From: Stylophora pistillata
Lineage: Eukaryota
Length of the DNA: 64,000 nucleotides
Direction of reading: 5' to 3'
Assembly (NCBI RefSeq): GCF_002571385.2
Contig: NW_019217845.1
Coordinates: 1 to 64,000, forward strand
Shown: in pieces, positions 28,901-58,600 of the stretch
How positions within the stretch are numbered: position 1 is the first letter of the stretch
Layout of the letters: every line of letters begins with the position of its first letter
Translations under genes and position numbers: made by a program
The notes under the pieces: model-generated
Seen by the model: only the letters and a program-made list of their open reading frames with translations
The model's database searches: none
Told to the model about the DNA's origin: nothing

Positions 28901-31900
28901 AAGTATTATTGTTTTTCATGATGTGGTCACTTGTGATGTGAATCACAATGTTTCACCTGCATACTGAAAAGGAATGGTTATAAGATGTTGAAATACACAC
29001 CTGTCTCTTAGCTTTCCTCTCTTTTTGATTGCCGTAGTAAGTCAAGATTTTGAACCCAGGACACCATTTCTTGAACTCCAATTCCCAGTTCAGCATTACA
29101 GAAGTGGGAACCACAACCAAGTGAGGACCCCAGACACATTTCTCACAAGCCATGTGAGCAAGCAGTGCAATTGTTTGAATAGTCTTTCCCAAACCCATCT
29201 CATCTGCGAGGATGCCATTCAGGTGCTTTTCATGCATTGTCACCAGCCAGTCAAGGCCGATCAGCTGATATTCTCTAAGAACACCTCGCAGGAGGAATGG
29301 CACTTTGGTCTTGATCTGGAACCAGAGGAAAGTCCCGCAAGCAATCAGCATAGGCAGGTTATTTACACAAAGTCAAGCTGTTGTTTTGCAAAACTGTGTA
29401 GCAACTTATCTTCAACTGCTTCAATGAAACATCTATTTTGTGACTAAGGGGCTTATAGCTACAACTAACCAGTCATATTTTTACTTCACACAACTGAGTC
29501 ATAGACAAATCTTAAGACCACTGACTGTCTTAAAACTGCACCTGAAGAACGATTTATTCAAAATACTGCCCCTATGTTTCTTGGTCTTCATGTAACATTG
29601 AAGAGCTCATTCAACAACAGTTCGATGCTTACATCAGTTGTTTCTAAAGTGAATCCTCGAGGTTGTAAGCTCTGTGCTGTTGCTGCTGCATCTGTCAATT
29701 CTTGGTCTGGATCAGAATCTGCATTCTGTTGAATACAACGAAACAAATTCAGCAACTTGCATTTGCATGGTCGCTCAGATAGCAATAGTTGAGCTCCACA
29801 TGCGAAGAGACCCTTTTGTAAAGAAAAGCATTCCTTTAAATATTGCTGCAAACCCCACATTTGAGGAAAAAACACACCTGTGATTCACTAGCTCCATCTT
29901 TCTCTTGTTGCACAAGGTATTCCATCCCCTCAGCAGCACTCAACTCTACAAAGCACAAAAATATCAACTATTTAGGGGCTGCACTGCTTGCAAATTTTAC
30001 AAACACTTACACACACCTTCATAAGATGATTCTTGTGAACTCTCTTCTTCAGTCTGCAAATCTGTAGATTCATTGTCGGCAGCACTATACATCTTCATCA
30101 ATTCCTCAATGGGCATGTCACCTGAGATGAGAAAATTTTCAGATATTCTTACATAGAGACAGCAGAAGTACATAGACAAAAGATTTAACCTGCCTTGAGT
30201 GATAATTTAAAACAGGGAAACATACAAATTAAAGTCCCTAGGACCACATGTGACAAGTATGGCATTAATTTTAGGTCAGTCCAACCCTTTTTTTCCAGCT
30301 TCGCTCACAGTTTCACGAATTAATAACACTAATCACTCTTTTTTTCTCCTTTTAAAAGTTGTTTTCACATAGTTATTTCCACTTAATGGAAACTTTCTCT
30401 GGGTGTAAAGTCAAAGGATTGGGTACAATGATTAACACCTCCTCTTCCGATTTTGTTGTCAATTTTAAGCTATGTTGACGTCATGTAGCTACCGACAGGA
30501 ACCACTAACACGTGAGTTAAAAATGCCAATGGGTTTTATAGCAGCATTTAATTTTGGCCATTATAAGCAAAACCTAAGGTGAAGAAAAAACCTCAGGAAA
30601 CAAGCAAATGGCCATTTAAAAAATTGTAAACATTTCACGTGGAAAAAAAAAAAAATGAAAATGACACCCTGAAAAGAATTTCAACTCACAAAAGCTTAAA
30701 ATATTTGGCAGTAATTCAAAACCGTGCTCTCACTGAGACTGAAGATCAACAAGTGAAAAACTTTTGTCTTCAGCCACTACTATAGCTTTTAATTCCCAGA
30801 AGTGGTTAAAATGTGACTTCTCCTTAATATCTATACATCATCCAGCAAATAGGTAATGAGAATACTCAAACTTCTCAAATGTAGGTTGTTAACTTGATCT
30901 AACACCAAATTCTGGTCACTAGCTTCCAAGGAAATAATTATATTGTAGCTACAGGGGAGAATTAACAATCAGATCTTAGAGCCCTGCACCTAGGATTTCT
31001 GGGATCTATATCAGTATCTGAGCAACTGCACACCCACCCCTCCCTTAGCCCAACAACAGTCAGCTGATAACAAGTTAGGATCAATGTTGGGTTAGGGGAG
31101 GGGTAAGTGCACAGTTACTTAGATACCGACATTAATACAATTGTCAAAGTATAGTGTGATCATCTGGGTGAGTGTAGTCCTGAGAAGGACTGCTGTCGGT
31201 GGTAGTGACTGACGTTTTGACAACCTGTGCGGACGTCACTTGACTCTGATGATGACTTCTGCGCATGTTGTCGAAACGTCAGTCACTACCACCGACAACA
31301 GTCCTTCTCAGGACTACACTCACCTGGACAATCACATTATACTTTCACCTGTTACCCCCGGGTTCAAGCCATTTACTGCACAAACACAATTCCTGCAACA
31401 CAAGCCTTCAGAAACCTGTGTTTCTTCTCAGACCTAGGGAACATATGTATGTTTTGATAAGCTCCTGACAGTTTAGGATACCTTCCTTCTGGAGATTATC
31501 AATTTCACTTTTGTGATCATCTCCTTCTTCCAGCTGTTCTTCTTCTTCTAATGTTTGTTCATCATCATCTTCTGTGCCTCCTTCTGTCATCACAAAGTCT
31601 TCGTCAGCTTCAGCAACTTCTACACTTCCACTGGCTTTCCTGTTATGGTTTCAAATTGAATCATGTCAAAACAGAGTTGGAAGAATCTTTATGAACACAA
31701 CTTCCAATCCATTGACAGTACATTACTTTATATCTAGGTTGAATACAAATTTGAAGAAACTAAATTAGAACTAGGGTGTCTGAGAGTGTAGGGGGGAATC
31801 AATGAAAAGGATCTATTTTAACGCTAATCAATAAAACAAGAGAAAGTTTCTGGAAAAAATTGTGTCAGGAGGGGTTTTATTTGGTTTATCAACTGAGCTG

Positions 31901-34900
31901 ATAATGTAAATTGGCCACTATAAAAAGTTTATAAAGCTGATGTTTCAAGTATCAGCCCTTTGTTGGAGGTAGAATGGCTGATACTTGAAATATCAGCCAA
32001 TTTACATCACCTCTGTTGATAAACTAAACCAAATTATATGAAGCTACTCAATGTCCTCTGTGCTCCTCTTTGGTGGTTACACATTATCACAAGCATGTTT
32101 ACTGCTACAAATTCATCTTAACAAATGAAACACTACTGGATGTACCAATATGTCAGAGAAGACAACTTAACGCAGTGTATGGCAAGTTAGTATTAATTGC
32201 AGACTGAAAGTTTTACTTGATCTTTGTTGTATTCTGGTTTTCTAAAGATTCTTCCTCTTCATCATTGTTCCCTTCAACATCCACTTCTACATCACTATCA
32301 TCACTTTCTTTGCTGAAATTTCAAAAGAGGAATGTCACTGCAAGAGTACTTTTTGATTGAATGAGTGGCCTGATCCTGAAAAGAACTTTTGTTGCTAGTA
32401 GTGATTGAAGTGTTGACAACTTAGTATAACACTTCACAAAAGTCAAATTAGTCTTGAGGTTACATATCCAAGAGTTTACGTTAGACTGTGGGAGCCATAT
32501 TGGCATATGTGGACAAGGCTGTTTCATTTACCTCTTAAAAAAAAATCTTCAATGGGAAAGGACAAAAAAATAACACTTTTTGAAAAGTCAATTGTGCCTG
32601 TTTGTCCTTTTCATTGAATCTCATCTATGAGTTACTTTTTACCTTGACCCCTCACTTTCATCCTCAGCTGATGAATCTCCACTTTCTTCATTTTCATCAC
32701 TTCTCTCTTCTAGCATCTCTGGTGGCAGGCTCTCCAGAAGTTTCTCCAAGGGAATCTCACTTTCTTGTTTTAACAAGTTAAGCTCGTTTTCTCTGGAGGT
32801 GGATTCTTCATGAGCCTCTTCAATGTCAATTGTTTCTTCATCATCAGCTTCCTCAGTAGGTTCAAATTCACTATCACCACCTACTTCAGGTTTGGATGAG
32901 ACTGGAGAAGAAGGACCAGTGGACCCTACAGAGGCAGGACCACTGGATGGTGGAACAGCAAGACTTTCTGCTAACCAAGAAGAATATTTCTCCGTCTGAT
33001 CTACGATGAAGTTAAGCTGCAGGTCAAGAGCTTTCTTTCTGTTTTCCTCCAATCTGCTCTGAACCTTGTACTGAACAACCTAAAAGATCAAAATTCTGGG
33101 AATAAGAAAACTATTTGCTTGCCCTTTGTAATGTAAGTTGATGTTGACATAAAGGCTATAAGCAGGCTCTATGGATGTAGCACACAGTAAAAAATGTGTT
33201 TCATTTCATGGTAAATTGAAAACACACAGATTGTTGAAGAGAAGTTTGCTCAAACCTGGAGAACCTTTAACATAAATTACTTTGTTACAAATGAATTAAA
33301 CAAAAAAAACCTTTTCGACTGAACCCCAGAATTGTTTGATTTCCTTGGCAATGCTTGCTGCAATCTTTCGAAGACGAACAGATTCCTCCTTTTCCGCTTT
33401 CACTTCTTTGCTTCTCTGCTCTTGGTGGTATTTGAGGACTGCTCTCGAGAGCTGGAAGAAGAGGTGTTTATTAAAGTTGCACTGGATAATGATTTGTCTG
33501 AAAACCACCAACCAGCTGAAGTCCCACCCCAGATTTTCATGCTCAAATCCAGAGGGTAAAATCTCTGCTAGGATATGATAGAACTAAACAAGGTCTGACA
33601 AATAGATTCTCTCATTACCAACAAGAAAGTTGCTTAATATTATAGGTTAATTTGTCAATCAAGGTACATCCTAAAGTAAAGTAACACTGCTGGTTTGATT
33701 TTCATCTGGATTGACCTTTCCCACTGATATACACATTAATTGGTAATATGAAAGTGAGAGGCTAAGGACTGCAAACAAGACTTCTAATAAGAAATGTCTG
33801 TGCAAGGAACATACATAAAAGCTACTGTAAAAGTACAAATTTCAAGACAACAAAAACTCCTTAATTTTTATATTAAATGGGACTATTGAAGATCACAGTC
33901 TTGATAAGCATACCTTCTTGCAAATGCCTCTCTTCCATCTTCTTTCTTGTGCAAAATCAGTTGCTAGCCACTGCATTTCCTCCAGGAGATAATCCCAATG
34001 TGCTTTGCACCGCGTCATTTCCTGGACTTTAGGAAGGCGAGATAAAGCCCAGAGACCTTCCTTACGAAGTTCAGAAACTCTCTTGAGCACCTCAGCTTCC
34101 TTCTTAGCTACGACTGCAATATCCTCTTGAGAGCTAAATGAATGCTGCTCAAGTACAGATGTCAATGACTGACTTCTTGTGTTCAAAGTTGATTTTGCTC
34201 CATGAGGAAAAGAAGTAGGTCCGTTAGGAATTGTTGGGTTAGATACTCCTGCAAGTGGCACATTTAACCCTGGTGTGTGATTAGGTGTTGGTGCAACATT
34301 AGTAGATTCACTTCCAAAATGATTGCTGCTATGACCCGGTGTAGCATGCGGTTCTAATGGGGGATTTGGTAAAGAAAGTGATCGTGAAAATGGTGGAACT
34401 GAACTGCCCATGGTCGGCCTAGCAATAGATTGGTTTCCAGTAAAAGGAGAAACATTGGGTGCAATTCCTTCAGTAACTGAAAGCTGTGATTTGAAACTGG
34501 GATTTCCACTAAAATTACCGGGAACTGCTTTTCGTGGATCAAGACCAGCTTGCTCATAAACCTGTCTCTGCAGTGAGGAATAGTTGGTTGCACCAGGATT
34601 AGTAGAATCAGATTGTTGTTGTGGCCACATGAATAGTCTCGACGGTGACACTGTCATTGTTGATGGTGTAGGATTTGTAGCAGATGCATCATCCAAGCGA
34701 TGTGAATTCAAAAATGCAAGAAACTGTTGATCTGGTCTTTTCTTCCACTGTAAGAAATCCATCATATGTCCTCCAGATTGAAGAAAATAGAGCTCTTGGA
34801 GCTTCTCACGATAGTTAGCTTTTAATGTTTCAAGTTCCCCATTGTAATAATTAACAACAAACTTGCGTAAATTTGTTATTTCTGGAAAGTCCCCTGATGG

Positions 34901-35740
34901 CACAGTAGATTTCTCTCCTACTCTGCTCAGAACTCCATGAGATCTACTAACATTCAGAGCATTATGAGGATTCATTGAACCCTGGGGACTTGCTATAGAC
35001 TGATTTCGAGATGTGGCTGCACTGGGTGATAACTGATTTGGAAATGCTGTTGGACTCTGAAGGGGTGGGGTTCTGCGAGGGGTATTATATCCAAGATGAT
35101 GGATGGTTCCACCAGGAGAATGTCCACCTCCACTATAAACAAATTGCTGTTCTCTCGGGCTTGCAAATTCTGGAAATTTAGGTTCAGAAGAATATGGTAT
35201 TGGAAAGTTTGGATCTGCAGGACTTAACTGTGATGCATCAGCTGAGCCAGGATAAAAGTCAGGAGTTTTTAATGCCGCACCTCGTGGGCTTACTGAACCT
35301 GGTCCATGAGAAAGGGTGTATGTAACACTGCTGGGTGTCGCACAGGAAGGTGTAGAGGGTGGCGCTGAAGGAGAAGGTGCTGGAGATACATACATAGGAG
35401 ATGAAGACTGGTAATGTGAAGGCGAAACTACTGAATGAGGAAATGGAGATCTTGGAGAGAGTTCTCCTGTTGATCCTACAGGTTGACTAAAACTTCTCTG
35501 GAAATGGTGAGGGTAATTTCGATGAGGACTAACAGGTTGAGTGGAGCGCGTTGGACTGGGAGCTGTTCCGCCTCCATGAGGTCCCATATAGTGGAATGAC
35601 CTTTCCGAATATGGTGAGGTTGGTACATTTTCTGTCACGTTGCTGTGAAGTCTTTCCGAGTCGTGAGAGGGTGTCCTGCGAGCTTTTCTGCGAGGAGTTT
35701 CATCGTGATATTGCGATGATTCGCTCGTTCGTCGCATCAT
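3476..35740 (-). CDS. dom (SRCAP/EP400): Domino/SRCAP/EP400-type SWR1-family SNF2 helicase (long, EP400/DOM-A-like isoform)
   Basis: Approximate exons: 33914-35740 (EP400-like [14 protein letters not shown]; HSA start [25 protein letters not shown]), 33311-33451, 32643-33079, 32217-32312, 31482-31639, 30017-30121, 29878-29948, 29632-29725, 29001-29315 ([12 protein letters not shown]), 28536-28646 and 27859-28110 (LDE|AQN, TGTPLQN), 26898-27032, 26061-26128, 23574-24551 (Pro-rich insert), 22675-22901, 21587-21789, 21387-21441, 20713-21139 (HELICc: [27 protein letters not shown]), 19767-19954, 19576-19692, 18751-18801, 18520-18601, 17993-18124, 15127-15162, 14160-14284 (IWTPPTPP), 11824-11874/11569-11694/11257-11313 (SANT: [30 protein letters not shown]), 9658-9800, 8951-9004, 8281-8378, Q/T-rich exons ~5089-7615 and the poly-Q last exon 3476-4389. 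Some exons may sit in the N-gaps. Confidence 0.95.
10859..10955 (+). mobile_element. Short Penelope 3'-end fragment inserted into a tRNA-derived SINE
   Basis: Matches the same pLTR (GCTCGAAACGTCAGCTTT...GATATATCCAAATT). 13-bp TSD ATTTCTTTGCTTA at 10846-10858 and 10956-10968. Confidence 0.8.
13686..13985 (-). mobile_element. tRNA-derived SINE, tail type 1 (runs into the N-gap)
   Basis: Reverse-complement match to 18957-19290. Confidence 0.75.
15292..15520. mobile_element. MITE with GGGCCCAGTT(G)TTCAAAG TIR plus a partial tandem copy
   Basis: AGGGCCCAGTTTTTCAAAG...CTTTGAACAACTGGGGCCT, with repeated CCAGTGGATA motifs inside. Confidence 0.6.
17765..17992 (-). CDS. Candidate alternative terminal exon extension of domino (75-aa basic Ser/Arg-rich tail; DOM-B/SRCAP-like short isoform)
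   Basis: The frame stays open through the weak donor CAG|GTTAAA at 17993/17992 and encodes [16 protein letters not shown]...SRKSARRN*. Minus-strand AATAAA occurs at 17353-17358 and 16954-16959. Confidence 0.6.
   Translation of the reverse strand, partial: VKKNKSKSRRSKLNSKCSSRNSLTSNRAKKNLKSEAQSDEVQVAVRNSRSTSRTSSRASSRSSSCSSSRKSARRN
18957..19313 (+). mobile_element. tRNA-derived SINE (Deu/Nin-like core), tail type 1
   Basis: A box TAGCTCAATCG, B box GGTTTGAGCCC, core GGATAGGGACGAATAAATGGAGGTCCCGTCTC, ending ATAAATCAATCAA. A reverse copy is at ~13686-13985. Confidence 0.8.
21811..22046. mobile_element. TTAA-bounded non-autonomous DNA element, piggyBac-like ends (relatives at 14438-14648, ~8537-8900, ~23087-23360; related subfamily at ~6652-6846, ~20289-20491, ~26543-26742, ~30789-30981)
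   Basis: TTAACC(C)...GGGTTAA termini and a shared internal sequence (ATTTCTCCTTACAATATC...GGAGAATATGCATACTG). Confidence 0.7.
22289..22506. mobile_element. ~218-bp MITE with long TIRs (further copies at 14827-15046 and 52320-52537)
   Basis: Ends AATAGTCCATTTTACAGTTG...CAACTGTAAAATGGCCTATT, with ~80-bp imperfect inverted arms. The three copies are highly similar. Confidence 0.85.
24824..25942 (+). mobile_element. 5'-truncated Penelope-like retroelement (Neptune-type) with an inverted copy of its 3' end
   Basis: 25232-25756 encodes a Cys-rich linker ([12 protein letters not shown]) and a GIY-YIG endonuclease ([26 protein letters not shown]) broken by one TGA (likely CGA>TGA). 24824-25235 is an inverted copy of ~25594-25945 plus tail. 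Flanking 15-bp TSD with one mismatch: TTTAAAGACTACATA 24809-24823 / TTTAAAAACTACATA 25943-25957. Confidence 0.9.
31002..31138. mobile_element. Palindromic MITE (second, interrupted copy at 62921-63015)
   Basis: GGATCTATATCAGTATCTGAGCAACTGCAC...GTGCACAGTTACTTAGATACCGACATTAATAC inverted ends. Confidence 0.65.
31148..31343. mobile_element. Second Penelope-like hairpin family (inverted arms of ~85 bp)
   Basis: 31148-31231 is the reverse complement of 31262-31343 with few mismatches. Degenerate relatives lie at ~24680-24820 and ~28225-28435. Confidence 0.75.
31241..31285 (+). ncRNA. Minimal type-I hammerhead ribozyme motif
   Basis: TGACT-CTGATGA-T-GAC(ttctgcgcatgtt)GTC-GAAAC-GTC^AGTCA: stem I TGACT/AGTCA, intact CUGAUGA and GAAA core, stem II GAC/GTC, GUC cleavage triplet, palindromic ACGU minimal stem III. 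Confidence 0.7.
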
Positions 35741-36434
35741 TTTAACTCCGTGAAGTGCTTGTTTGACATAATATTCCTATTCCTTGAGAGAGGTGCCGAA
35801 AAGATCCTGCAAGAGGAAATGCGATTTTCTGTCAATTTCATACGAGGTAGAGCATGCGCGATTCTGCCGCCATATTGTTTTCTGTAACCGACAACGGCTT
35901 TTGCTTCATTTACAAAATTAGTGAACTTAACTAAGCCATCCACTTAAAAGTTACTTACACCTTCCTCCATCATATTTCTTTTGATAATTTCATGTGGTTT
36001 TGGAGGCGTATTTTGACCTTTTTCGTTTCAAAAATTTCGGAAATTACCCTCACAAGTCTCATAAAATTTTCCTTGCAACGACAGCCTTGATATGCGCTTA
36101 AGCATCACACCACTCTACTGCATTATGGGTGCATCATCATAAAGGAGGCTCGGTGCCAAGGCAATTACGCGCCGAAAAATGTCACTAATACGGAATAAAT
36201 TTAGCAACGGCGAAATATCTGATATAGTCTTTGATTTCATGCATCGAAATCACAAAGAGATCTGACAATAAAATTTCAAATTCTAGCCATGTTTCCGCGT
36301 AAAATTACGTAACATTGCTTTTTACACGTAAACTGAAGAGCGGTCATAACACCAAAGTGAGGCTGCCTCTCAGTGGCGCGAAGGACGAATAATTTACAAA
36401 CATGGCAGGCTAAATTCACGAAAATTTAGCGATA
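35741..36434. promoter_or_regulatory. Bidirectional promoter/5' UTR region shared by domino and RAD54B
   Basis: The ATGs are ~695 bp apart head-to-head and the region is locally CpG-rich. It has a ZNF143/Staf-like element (CCCATAATGCA on the minus strand, ~36119-36129), E2F-like GGCGCG elements (~36168-36179, ~36373-36382), and a probable domino 5' UTR intron (donor ~35958, acceptor ~35808). Confidence 0.7.
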
Positions 36435-54439
<18,005 letters not shown>

Positions 54440-55613
54440 ACCCTATTTGTGATTTAGTAGGATATTGTTAATTTAGCTTCGCTCAAATGTGACAAATTCA
54501 TTAAAACCTTTTTTTTTTAATTGGATTGTGAATCATAATATGCCTCTGCTTTGTTCCAAGAGAGCATAACCACTTATTTTACTACTCCAAAGACGATTTA
54601 AGGTGGTTCCAGTGGGTTTTAGTTGTTTTTACTTGATATTTCGGTAAGAAATATCGAGTTCAAGTTCTGGTTTGTAAGCTGACTTACTATCACGACTTGA
54701 TCCCAAAAAACATTTGTTCAGTTTAGGTAATGAGGTGGTTCATCGATTTGATTTTGTGGATTGCATCGCCGCCTACCATGAGAAACTACCAGCCAATGTC
54801 AAAATCCTTTTTTTATCCTGTCCTGTTATATCCTGTCACTTTAAACAAACGTTTGACCTTTTTCCACTTGATTGCTGTTTTGAGGGAATGGTTCAAATTC
54901 AAGACCGCTGTCGTGTTCTGCTCGGGCTCATCTACCAAGTCTGATATTAGTTAAAAACAACAGCGTCATGTAATTTTAAAGAAATCACATGATAGAAATT
55001 AAAAAAAAGAAGTTAAGTTAAATCGATGAATCGTTCGACACGTGTTTGATTTGTCATACCAAAGGTCATTTTTCGTTCTGGGACATCGCACTTTGTGAGC
55101 TCGACCTGCTACAGGCTCTCTTAATATTCAGGCTTGTCTAACAACAATTACGTGCCTAGTGACCCAACAAACCTGCGCTTATCGACCTTGTTCCAGTAGA
55201 ATGTGGTTAAGAAACCCGCCAATAGATGTGTTGATCAAACGTTCTACACAGCCTACGATCAATCGTCCTTTTTTAAATGTCATGCATTATTTTCAAGAGC
55301 TCTACTTCATAAAAATCACTTTTTACTCTCGATCTCATCACGGAACATTTTACTGCTCGTTTACCTGCTCATGAGAAACGCCCTGTTGGCTGGGGGGCGT
55401 AGCAAAAGCGTACCTCTGCTCCATTGGTGGCGCTTTGACAAGGCGGTCGAGTAATTTGAAGTTTTAGCCGGGTTTTGTCGCTGGTGGGTTGACCTCGCTA
55501 CGCCCTTGTCTTCTGATGTAATATTTGCGAATTCTCAAGTGGAATAAATTACGGTTTTTTTTCACGAGGGACGTGCCTGTTTGACGCACTTCTCCACAAG
55601 CGCCTTTTGGAAC

Positions 55614-58600
55614 ATGAAGATGAAAAGACATGTTTTTGGCTGTTGTTTATTAGGCTTGGTAGCCATTGTCTCGGTGTTTGCAGGTAAATGCTTAATTTGG
55701 TCGCGACTAACTTACTATCACATGTTTCTTTGACATGGAAACCCCTATCTGACTAACTTGACAGTGAGAAAGATAAGATAGTCTTTTACTCGTCCGAGCG
55801 AAACATCTTTTTTATTCATCGAGTGTTATTTATCACAGAAAACGTTTACCAAATGCTTTGATTCAAATCCCAAACCGATTTTGTTTTTCATCACCGGTTA
55901 TGTGTCAGTGATTTTTTCGGTTGTGGAAAATCATAAAAGTACGGTTTTAGACAGTTAGATTTTGGACTTTTTCCTTGCATGACCGACTTTATGATTATAA
56001 CCTGTTTAATTGTCAGATTCGAACCTGTTTTACTTTTGATGTTTTTACTTTTGATTCATTATTATAATTACAGTGATAAATAAAAAGGAAAATGTTTAAT
56101 CTGCAGAAAGCCAGTTTTTTATTACTCTACAATTCGATATTTGGTTTTTTAATCTGGATCATGTGTATTTTGTTGTGTCAAAGTTGGTAATTAGAACGCT
56201 TTTCGAATGAGAGTGTCGTAACACAAAAACCAAAGCTATCTTAACAATCAGTCAGACCAAACGAAAATACCCCACAGAGACAATGAAAACTGAAGGTATA
56301 AGCAAGCTTAATATGTAAAGCGCGGGAAAACGCGCGTGACCAGCCCGGTTGTGATTGGTTTTAATTTTGCTTCTGATTGGGTAAGGGATTACTGAAAGTT
56401 GCCGAACCAATCACAGAGCGAAGTAAAGAAAAACCAACCCAATCCCAGATTACTTTCGACACAATTGAAAATTGTTCTTTCACCAGATCCACCATTTTCG
56501 TTTCATTTTGAGGATGATACGTTCCTGGCACCCATGTCTTGCTCGTGTTTAGCTGTTAAACATTAAAAGCCACGGTTTAAAGAACCATAGTTTCTAGGCA
56601 TTTTTTTCATGTAGTGTGTGAAGCGCAGTTTTCGATTGACTTACTCCTCGGCCATTATTCGATTTGTGCGCTAAACGTGTTGTTTTGAAGAAACTGATAA
56701 AAATTTGTAATGAAATCATGAAATTCCTTCTTAAATTTCCTGGAATAGCACTATATCATGCAGATTTATTTGAAATACAACAAAAGAGAGTATTTATTAG
56801 AGGTTCTAATAAATGCCATGACTATTTTCATTCTACCCAGATAATGACGACGATAACTCAGATAACTCCATAGAAAGTGACTCCAATGGCCGCTCAAATG
56901 CACCCTCCCCGGGTCCATGGTTCGACCGAATCTTAGGTAACGTTTACAGCCTGTTTGTTCTTCTCTTGTTTTAAACGTTTGCAAAGCAGTTGGGCCAATG
57001 ATTAATTTGTTTCACTAAAAAGGAACCAGTTTTATCTCGTACCCAGGTCCTGCCGTTCACTGTAACTGAAATCAACCTTTGGCCGTTAAAGGTCTGATTA
57101 CGAGACTAGAAACAATCATCATTTATGGTAAGGGGGAGGGGGGTCGGAGGGTTTTTAGGGAATCACGTGGTTTTCAGAGGTAGGGATGGGGATCAGTCGT
57201 CGCTAACAGAATATAAAGGGGGGGACAATAGAATATTGCTATGCAAGGAGGGAGAATCATAAGAATACTACAGAGCCTCAAGCGAGGGGGCGGAGGGGGA
57301 GAGGGGAAATCAAGAAAATCTTATTATGACACAACAAAAATCCCACGACCCCCTCCCCTCCGGCGATATTCAATATCCATATTCAATATCCATACGAAAA
57401 TCTGAAGAAAATATCATCAGTGAGTTAAGAGTTGGAGGGTTAAAACTCCAATCGAATGCATTAAGGTAGCGAAAACTGCAGTATTTCTTTTAAACGAAAT
57501 CCCTGATTTATCATTCTATATCATGCTTACTTTTCCAGGTCTCATACATTCTAAGAACTTCCAAGGTGCCTACAAGACGTATATGGATAACATGAATCAG
57601 CCAGAATCCGCTGACATTTCAACCGGTGAATTAGCAAGGCGTGACTTTGCCCCTGGCCCCGTGAGTAAGGTTTTCGTGAAAGAGTCCCGAGGTAAACGCC
57701 ACCATCGCCATCATCATCCTCATCATGATCATCATCATCATCATCAACAACGTCACCATGATCAGAAGAGTAGTAAAAGTAAGACTTACATTTTAAGTTA
57801 CCCCTTAACTCATGCGATCTAATCTCTAATTCTCCCTTCTGAATTTGGAAAGTAACAAAACAAGCCGTGCCAGGAAGCTGAAAATGTACGCAAAGTTTCA
57901 TTGCTTTTCAGAGGCGAGGAAATGGTTGAACGTGAAAGTTGTAAATCAAGTAGGTACACGAGTCAAAATAAAGGCCGACAAGATCCTACCGAGCGCCGTA
58001 CTGAGCAGCGGAGAAATCTTTGTCTACCATCAGCTCTTGAACGAGACTGACCGAAAGGCTACGATCACTCTGAAGGCTGTCGACGAGTATACAGATAAGC
58101 CGCTGATCATCAACGGAGACCAAAAGTTCTACGTCACGCCAACTACTTATGATGACACACAAGAGGCGTACGTGTCACGCGAAGGTAACCTTTCTGCATG
58201 CGAGATAATATGATATGATGCGTGATGTTGTATGCGAGAACTTCTCACATGCCATTCCTTTCACGTATCGACGTCTTTTTCCACCGTCCATGACAATTTA
58301 TTTCCGCCATAAAAGAAAACATCATCGCATATTAAGAAACCAGTCATTATCGCCTGGAGAAGGAGGGGGCGGGGAGGATTGTGGGAGAAATCACATGGTT
58401 TCTTGGGGGCAAGGAGAAGGGATCAATCGTCGCCAACAGGTTTTAAAGTTAGGACTAACTAACCGTCAATAAGGAGGGAGGGGAGGGAGGGTAAATGGGA
58501 ATGTTACTAAGCCTTATAGGGGGATCAGGTAGACTATCGTGACACACTCAAAATTCTCCGACCCCTTCCCCCTTCCCCGCAGGTCGACAAACAAAGACTG

